The translations under genes and the position numbers were made by a program. A stretch of DNA of 64,000 nucleotides from Candidatus Gastranaerophilales bacterium. Its GTDB lineage: Bacteria > Cyanobacteriota > Vampirovibrionia > Gastranaerophilales > Gastranaerophilaceae. The notes beneath the pieces were generated by a model. It was not told the DNA's origin. It worked only from the letters and a program-made list of their open reading frames with translations, and did not search any database. The DNA is taken from NCBI GenBank assembly GCA_944324345.1, contig CALUVT010000004.1:116246-180245 (forward strand), written 5' to 3'. Of this stretch, positions 57,897 to 64,000 are shown in pieces (positions within the stretch are counted from its first letter, which is position 1; every line of letters begins with the position of its first letter).

Positions 57897-58928
57897 TTAT
57901 TTTTTTGTCAATACTTTTATAAAGTTTAGCAACAACATTATAACTACAATTACAAGTATGTATACAAAATAATGTTTGATTGTCTGGCTTCCCATAAATA
58001 AAGACGCCAAAGCACCTGCTATAATTGCAACAGAGGTCAAGATTACAACCGTTTTCTTTTGCGAAAAACCTGCATGAAGAAGCTTATGATGGATATGTTC
58101 AGCATCAGCAACAAACGGAGATTTCCCTTTTGCAATTCTTCTCAAAGATGAGAAGGTAATATCCATAATTGGAACAGCCAAAACCAAAAACGGGAGTAAT
58201 ATCGCCAAAGTTGCGGCCTTCATAACTCCGGTTATTGATATTGTTGCGAGTAAAAATCCGGAAAACAGAGCTCCGCTATCGCCCATAAAAATTTTTGCCG
58301 GATTAAAATTATACGTTAAAAACGCGAGCATTGAACCTGCCAGAATAAATCCTATCAAAGCACTTATAGGATTTGGCGGAGTCATTGCAACAGCTATAAT
58401 TGCAAGAGTTACAGCATTAATCGTGACAACAGATCCTGCCAAACCGTCAACTCCGTCTATAAAGTTTAATGCATTTGAAATACCAACAATCCAAAGCAAA
58501 GTTATAGGATATGAAAATATACCTAAATCCCCTATAAAAGGAACATTATTAATCTGTACACCTAAAAGATATACAAGTGTGGCAATCGAAATTTGTAAAA
58601 ATAACTTGAATTTTGCATTCAGATTGTATATATCATCAACAAGGCCCAATAAAAACATCAGTGAACCGCCGAGTAATATACCTGATAGCAAGCTTCCATA
58701 AGGATAATAACTCATAAACACAAGACATAGAAAAGTAAGCATAGTACTTGCCCATATAGCAACCCCGCCTATTCTTGATATTGGTTTGGTGTGAATTTTC
58801 CTTTCATTTGGTAAATCCACAAGCCCTTCTTTCTTTGAAAAGCTTATTACAAGAGGAACCAAGCATACACCTATCAAATATGCTATTACTGTTCCGATTA
58901 CATGTGCATGAGTTAACTTAATTAACAT
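57897..58928 (-). CDS. Polyprenyl-phosphate N-acetylhexosamine-1-phosphate transferase (MraY/WecA family, GT4)
   Basis: About 10 TM segments. VDDIYNL, NALNFIDGVDGLAG, FMGDSGA, HIHHKL. Confidence 0.85.
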   Translation of the reverse strand: MLIKLTHAHVIGTVIAYLIGVCLVPLVISFSKKEGLVDLPNERKIHTKPISRIGGVAIWASTMLTFLCLVFMSYYPYGSLLSGILLGGSLMFLLGLVDDIYNLNAKFKLFLQISIATLVYLLGVQINNVPFIGDLGIFSYPITLLWIVGISNALNFIDGVDGLAGSVVTINAVTLAIIAVAMTPPNPISALIGFILAGSMLAFLTYNFNPAKIFMGDSGALFSGFLLATISITGVMKAATLAILLPFLVLAVPIMDITFSSLRRIAKGKSPFVADAEHIHHKLLHAGFSQKKTVVILTSVAIIAGALASLFMGSQTIKHYFVYILVIVVIMLLLNFIKVLTKK

Positions 58929-58939
58929 AAACTATCCTT

Positions 58940-60178
58940 TTATTTGTATATCGGGTATTTTTTACAAAGTTTAAGGGAGCGTTCTCTCAAATTTTGCAAT
59001 CCCAGCTCATTATCCGATGAAAATATCGCAGATGCAATAATTTTTGCAACTTCCGTCATATCTTCTTCTTTAAAACCTCTTGTCGTAACTGCAGGAACAC
59101 CTAATCTGATACCGCTTGTAACAAAAGGACTTTGCGGATCATTTGGAACAGTATTTTTATTTGCAGTTATTCCAACGCGTTCCAAAACATTTGCCATATC
59201 TTTACCAGTTTTCCCTGTTTTTCTAAGGTCAAGAGTCATCAAATGGTTCTCTGTCATTCCGCCGACAATATCCATACCTTCGTCCATGAGGCCTTGTGCT
59301 AAAGCTTTCGCATTCTTTAATATTTGTTCCGCATAAGCTTTAAATTCAGGTTTTGATGCTTCCAAAAGAGCAACTGCTTTCCCTGCAATAATGTGTTCTA
59401 AAGGCCCGCCTTGAATACCCGGGAAAATAGCCTTGTCAATAATTTGAGCGAATTCCTCATCACACATAGTAATACCGCCTCTAGGCCCTCTAAGAGATTT
59501 GTGAGTTGTAGTAGTTACAAAGTGTGCATAACCCGCAGGGGAAGGATGTAAGCCAGCTGCAACAAGACCTGCAATGTGGGCAATATCTGCCAGTAGATAC
59601 GCTCCTACTTCATCTGCAATTTCTCTGAACTTTTTAAAATCTATAATCTTTGAATAATTACTTGCTCCGCATATAATCAATTTTGGTTTATGTTCATGGG
59701 CCATTTGACGAACATTTTCGTAATCAATGTTCCCGTACTCATCAACCCCATAACTTTTTACATCAAAATACAAGCCTGAAAAATTCACAGGTGAACCATG
59801 AGAAAGGTGTCCGCCATTAGACAAATCCATACCTAAAATCTTGTCACCGGGTTTTAACACCGCCATAAATACTGCCATATTTGCCTGGGCACCACTATGA
59901 GGCTGAACATTTGCATGAGCCATACCAAAAAGTTCACAAGCCCTTTTTTGAGCAAGTTCCTCTATAACATCAACATGTTCACAGCCGTTATAAAATCTTT
60001 TATGTGGCTTTCCTTCAGCATATTTATTTGTCAAAACACTTCCACACGCTTCCATAACTGCTTGTGAAGTTATATTTTCACTTGCTATAAGTTCAATTGT
60101 ATTTTGCTGTCTTTCAAATTCTTTTTCTATTTCTTCTGCGACCTGCGGATCAACCTTTTTTATATGTTCTATATTCAT
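58940..60178 (-). CDS. glyA: Serine hydroxymethyltransferase
   Basis: [23 protein letters not shown] site. Confidence 0.95.
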   Translation of the reverse strand: MNIEHIKKVDPQVAEEIEKEFERQQNTIELIASENITSQAVMEACGSVLTNKYAEGKPHKRFYNGCEHVDVIEELAQKRACELFGMAHANVQPHSGAQANMAVFMAVLKPGDKILGMDLSNGGHLSHGSPVNFSGLYFDVKSYGVDEYGNIDYENVRQMAHEHKPKLIICGASNYSKIIDFKKFREIADEVGAYLLADIAHIAGLVAAGLHPSPAGYAHFVTTTTHKSLRGPRGGITMCDEEFAQIIDKAIFPGIQGGPLEHIIAGKAVALLEASKPEFKAYAEQILKNAKALAQGLMDEGMDIVGGMTENHLMTLDLRKTGKTGKDMANVLERVGITANKNTVPNDPQSPFVTSGIRLGVPAVTTRGFKEEDMTEVAKIIASAIFSSDNELGLQNLRERSLKLCKKYPIYK

Positions 60179-60233
60179 TTTTTGCCCTCCCTGACAAGTG
60201 TCATCAAAACATTATACGCAAAAATTGAAAATC

Positions 60234-61124
60234 TTACAACTTGTTAAGTAAGTTTTTTATATAATCAAAATACTCATTGTTACGGTAAGTTGCTACAACT
60301 TTTTGCAAATCTTGTTTTGTTACAAAACCCATACGGTAAGCAACCTCCTCAAGACAAGCTATTTTAATCCCCTGATTTTCCTCAATTGTCTTAACATACT
60401 GACTTGCCTGGAGCAGTGAGTTATGAGTCCCGGTATCCAACCATGCAAAACCTCGCGGAAAGAGTTCGACATTTAAATTATTGTTTTTTAAATAAATGTT
60501 GTTTAAATCGGTGATTTCCAACTCCCCTCTCAAAGAAGGTTTCAAATTCTTTGCATACTCAACAACTTTATTGTCATAAAAATACAATCCTGTAACGGCG
60601 TAATTTGATTTAGGATTTGCCGGTTTTTCTTCGATAGAAATAACCTTAAGGGAATCTGCATTACCTTTCTCAAACTCAACAACACCAAACCTTTGCGGGT
60701 CTTTTACAAGGTAGCCGAAAACTGTTGCTCCTCCTTTATTTTCAATATTTTTAACAACACGCCCCAGTTTCCCTGAAAAACCGCCGCCGTAAAATATATT
60801 ATCGCCGAGTATCAAGGCAACATTATCATCCCCTATAAAATCCTCGCCAAGAATAAAAGCCTGAGCAAGACCGTCAGGAGAAGGCTGTTCCTTGTATGAA
60901 AACCTTAATCCAAATTGACTGCCATCGCCGAGAAGACGTTTAAAATTAGGTAAATCCGCCGGTGTAGAAATTATCAAAATATCCCTGATACCTGCAAGCA
61001 TCAAAACAGAAATCGGATGATAAATCATCGGCTTATCGTAAATTGGGAGAAGCTGTTTTGAAACTGCAACAGTACTTGGATATAATCTTGTTCCGGAACC
61101 GCCTGCTAATACTATACCTTTCAT
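60234..61124 (-). CDS. rfbA: Glucose-1-phosphate thymidylyltransferase
   Basis: [30 protein letters not shown]. Confidence 0.9.
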   Translation of the reverse strand: MKGIVLAGGSGTRLYPSTVAVSKQLLPIYDKPMIYHPISVLMLAGIRDILIISTPADLPNFKRLLGDGSQFGLRFSYKEQPSPDGLAQAFILGEDFIGDDNVALILGDNIFYGGGFSGKLGRVVKNIENKGGATVFGYLVKDPQRFGVVEFEKGNADSLKVISIEEKPANPKSNYAVTGLYFYDNKVVEYAKNLKPSLRGELEITDLNNIYLKNNNLNVELFPRGFAWLDTGTHNSLLQASQYVKTIEENQGIKIACLEEVAYRMGFVTKQDLQKVVATYRNNEYFDYIKNLLNKL

Positions 61125-61181
61125 ATTCACCTCTGATTTTTACCCTTGACGTATACTACAATAAAAGAACTTGTTTGTCTA

Positions 61182-61586
61182 TTATTTTTCGACTGAAAAT
61201 TCTGCAGCCGCAAGAACTTTGTGAGGATTATCTTTAGAATAAACCTTCATAAAATAATAACCATCATCATGCAAAACAAAATAATCAGTAAAATAATTTA
61301 TCTCTTCATCTTTTAATCTCACATCACGAGTCCAAACCAACTTGTAACCAAATTGACCGTAGTCGTTATCTTTTTTTACAACTTGAATATAAAGGTACCT
61401 TGATTCAACTTTTTTGGGCATTAAAATTATGTAATAAATCCTGTTACCAACAGGAAAAACTTTCTCATAATCATATATATTATCCTTACTGATAGGATAT
61501 TTGTTAAACAAAATTCCTGCCTTGTCACTGCTGCAGGCAGTTGTTAACAAAAGTATTAAAACAATTGCAATTACCAGCTTTTTCAT
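61182..61586 (-). CDS. Probable lipoprotein (134 aa), unknown function
   Basis: MKKLVIAIVLILLLTTAC lipobox-like signal. 4-nt overlap with the upstream TPR gene. Confidence 0.5.
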   Translation of the reverse strand: MKKLVIAIVLILLLTTACSSDKAGILFNKYPISKDNIYDYEKVFPVGNRIYYIILMPKKVESRYLYIQVVKKDNDYGQFGYKLVWTRDVRLKDEEINYFTDYFVLHDDGYYFMKVYSKDNPHKVLAAAEFSVEK

Positions 61587-63595
61587 TTTTCAAGAGCTTT
61601 AATTCTTTCTCTGACAATTTTTTCTACAGCTGCATCCTTATTGCGGGTTAAAAAGATTTTGTAATTGTTGAGAGCTTCTTTCTCATCACCATCCTGATCA
61701 TAAGCAAGTGCCAGAGCATAATATGCATAACCATAATTTGGATCAAGAGTAATTACACGATGGAAACACTCTTTTGCTTTTGACGTATTTTCTTCATTTG
61801 CATATACAAGCCCTAAATTAAACCACCCGTCAGCATAATTCGGATTTACAACAATAGCTTTTTTATAAAAATTCAAGGCATTTTTGTTATCATTTTTTAT
61901 CTTATAGATATTACCGATTTTTAAAAGAGTTATTTCATCCGAAGGATTAAGACTCAAAGCTTCCTGATAATTTTTTATGGAATCATCATATCTTTGATTT
62001 TTGTAATTTTCATCACCCTTTGCAATCAGATTTTTGTTTGCCAAAGTTTCATCAACCTGCTCCTTCTGAGCAGAATCCATTGAAAGCGTAATATCTTTTA
62101 TTTCAACAGAATCCGTCTGCGGAGTTGACATCTCTACAGAAGGCTGATTTGATGCCGAAATAAATTCTGCATATTCATTACTGTAATTTAGATTATCAGG
62201 AGATAAGGCTATAGCTTTTTCGTATGCAGATGCGGCCTTCTCATCCAAATCACAAGCTCTGTATGACTTTGCGAGTCCATAGTATACATAACCCTCTTTT
62301 GTACCTAAATCTGCCGCACGTTCAAATGTTGAAGCAGCTAGAGAATAATTTTTATCATTATAATACTCATCGCCCAAAGCTACCAATGCAGCAGCTAAAT
62401 TATTTTTAACAGCACTATCATCAGCTTTTTGCTTCAACAAATCAGAATATATTGCAATTGCATCGTTATACCGGTTCATAGCGTGAAGGACAAGAGCCTT
62501 ATTATACTTCAAATTATAATCATCTTTTTTAACCAAAAGAACTTCATCATAGTACTTCAAAGCATTAGGGTAATCTTTTTTGATATGGTAACATTCTGCA
62601 AGATCTTCTACCAAGACTATATCTCTTTTATCTTTTTGAAGAGCTAAAGCCTTTTCGTAATTTGCAATAACATCATCATACTGATTCATTCGTTTGTACA
62701 CTACACCTAAATTTTGGTAAGCTCTTGCATCCTGCGGATAGTTTTGGATATAAATTCTGTAATTTGCAATTGCAGCTTCATCCTTGCCCATATCAGCAAG
62801 AAGGTTACCGTAATCAAGACGCAATGAATTCATCCCGGGCTGCTGACGGAAAATTACATCATACTGAGCAAGTGCTAGATCATTCTTTTCCAACTCCTGA
62901 TAAGAAAGAGCTAAACTTATACGGGCAGTTATATTATCAGGATTAGCTTCAACAGCTTTTTCAAGGAATGCTGATGCCTTTTCGTAATTTTTCATTCTAT
63001 ATAAGGCTAAGCCAAAATTTGAATAATCTCTGAATGAAGCCGGATTTCTCATATACAAATTTTCATACTCATTAACAGCACTTGCGTAATTTCCATCATT
63101 CATATAAGAATTTGCCAAATTTTCTCTGGCTTCAGAATGTTGAGAATAGGTAGCTAAAAATTTGTTATAATTTTCTATTGCAGCCTTATAATCTCTAAGC
63201 TGATATTGTACATTTGCAATATTCAAATAGTTATACAAATACTCAGGACACATTTGTGCAACCTTATTATAAGCTTCCAGAGCTTCTTTGTATTTTCCTT
63301 GATTTTCGTATATACTGCCAACACTAATGTAAATATAACCGTCAGTAGGTTTCAGTTCAGCAACTTTTGAATAAGCCAAAAGAGCCTTATCGTATTCTCC
63401 CATCTCACTGTATACGCCGGCAAGCTTAGTATAAAGCATAACATCATTTCCGGAAAGTTTTATGGCTTCCGAAAGTTTTTGCACCGCAGTTTGATAATCC
63501 TCTTTATATTCTGCAGAACATGCCTGCTGATAAAGAAGATTTACCTCAGGAGTCATCGCCTGAGCCGGAATTGATGTAAGCATTAGAGATAACAA
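61583..63595 (-). CDS. Large secreted TPR-repeat protein
   Basis: More than 15 TPR units (Y..A...Y.KA..L.P). Track start is TTG 63595, but the true start is probably upstream at ATT 63622/63625 (see findings). Confidence 0.8.
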   Translation of the reverse strand: MLSLMLTSIPAQAMTPEVNLLYQQACSAEYKEDYQTAVQKLSEAIKLSGNDVMLYTKLAGVYSEMGEYDKALLAYSKVAELKPTDGYIYISVGSIYENQGKYKEALEAYNKVAQMCPEYLYNYLNIANVQYQLRDYKAAIENYNKFLATYSQHSEARENLANSYMNDGNYASAVNEYENLYMRNPASFRDYSNFGLALYRMKNYEKASAFLEKAVEANPDNITARISLALSYQELEKNDLALAQYDVIFRQQPGMNSLRLDYGNLLADMGKDEAAIANYRIYIQNYPQDARAYQNLGVVYKRMNQYDDVIANYEKALALQKDKRDIVLVEDLAECYHIKKDYPNALKYYDEVLLVKKDDYNLKYNKALVLHAMNRYNDAIAIYSDLLKQKADDSAVKNNLAAALVALGDEYYNDKNYSLAASTFERAADLGTKEGYVYYGLAKSYRACDLDEKAASAYEKAIALSPDNLNYSNEYAEFISASNQPSVEMSTPQTDSVEIKDITLSMDSAQKEQVDETLANKNLIAKGDENYKNQRYDDSIKNYQEALSLNPSDEITLLKIGNIYKIKNDNKNALNFYKKAIVVNPNYADGWFNLGLVYANEENTSKAKECFHRVITLDPNYGYAYYALALAYDQDGDEKEALNNYKIFLTRNKDAAVEKIVRERIKALEK

Positions 63596-63670
63596 TGCTG
63601 AAACTAATAACTGTCTTTTAATAATCCCACTCTCCTAATCTTTAGTTATATAACAACATTATAGCAAAAA

Positions 63671-64000
63671 TTATATTTGTGTAAAGCTATGTGAATATAT
63701 TTGTTTATTTAAGAGAATTTCCGCAGTTTTTATAATTCTTGCTTGTTCAGAGGAACTCCTGTCAAATTCAACTTCCTCCAATTCCCCAAAATTTTCCACC
63801 ATATTGGCAAGTGAAACATACAACTTGTCAATATCAGAGTTCGGATTTCCACCTTCAAGCATTTTTAAAATTCTTATAAGCTCATTATCTTTAGCATCAA
63901 CAATTGCAGCATCAAGCCCCGCTCCAAAACATAAAACCGCAAAAACACGATTAACTAAAGGTCTGATTTGTTTTGGACATCCGTTTGAAATATTCGAAAG
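63671..64000 (-). CDS. Pterin-binding-domain protein, C-terminal part (methyltetrahydrofolate methyltransferase / DHPS-like); 5' end outside window
   Basis: Frame open to base 64000. Hand translation gives LSNISNGCPKQIRPLVNRVFAVLCFGAGLDAAIVDAKDN..., matching the GLSN(I/V)SFGLP..R..LN..FL..A...GLD.AI pterin-binding pattern. Confidence 0.5.
   Translation of the reverse strand, partial: LSNISNGCPKQIRPLVNRVFAVLCFGAGLDAAIVDAKDNELIRILKMLEGGNPNSDIDKLYVSLANMVENFGELEEVEFDRSSSEQARIIKTAEILLNKQIYSHSFTQI

Noticed and set aside
1-64000. Search for CRISPR arrays, rRNA genes, transposases, integrases, prophage blocks, and reverse transcriptase / CBASS / Thoeris-type genes.
   Set aside because: No regularly spaced direct repeats were seen. 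No ORF showed the hallmark motifs of these families. The only repeated short elements are terminator hairpins and promoter-proximal repeats, which are listed above.

Overview
Low-GC (about one third G+C by eye) chromosomal segment from a diderm bacterium. The phylum cannot be fixed from this window alone. Coding density is very high and most genes are housekeeping.

Recognisable housekeeping blocks:
- Complete fatty-acid/phospholipid operon on the minus strand: yceD-rpmF-plsX-fabH-fabD-fabG-acpP-fabF.
- Lipid A block lpxD-lpxC-fabZ-[unknown 531-aa gene]-lpxA, with an RfaE-type heptose adenylyltransferase upstream.
- hom-thrC, asd-dapB, ribE-ribBA, tpiA, a reverse rubrerythrin, miaB, a ROK glucokinase, holA-holB, priA, glyA, rfbA, and a WecA/MraY-like transferase.
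- A three-gene glycosyltransferase cluster (two GT2, one GT8) next to an XRE regulator.
- One tRNA-Glu(CUC).
- I found no rRNA, CRISPR array, transposase or integrase.

Accessory-looking content:
1. An overlapping C5-methyltransferase / HinP1I-MspI-like endonuclease pair at the left edge.
2. An orphan AAA+ ATPase.
3. A 1038-aa SF1 (Upf1/DNA2-like) helicase fused to a DUF559/Vsr-like nuclease.
4. At the window centre, a 474-aa protein whose C-terminal half carries the RelA/SpoT (RSH) synthetase motifs, followed by two small unknown ORFs.

Most interesting observation: four otherwise unrelated proteins share a bipartite N-terminal motif, N-[PN]-[IV]-Q-[NS]-x followed by [ST/NA]-F-T-G-x(1-2)-S-L. 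These are the AAA+ ATPase, the RSH-like protein, the 531-aa protein that interrupts the lpx cluster, and (more weakly) a 370-aa Q/S/T-rich protein. This suggests a lineage-specific targeting or trafficking module on a polymorphic set of enzymes. The RSH-like protein plus its downstream small ORFs is then a candidate effector/immunity or toxSAS-like module.

All functional calls rest on motif recognition by eye and need HMM or structure searches.
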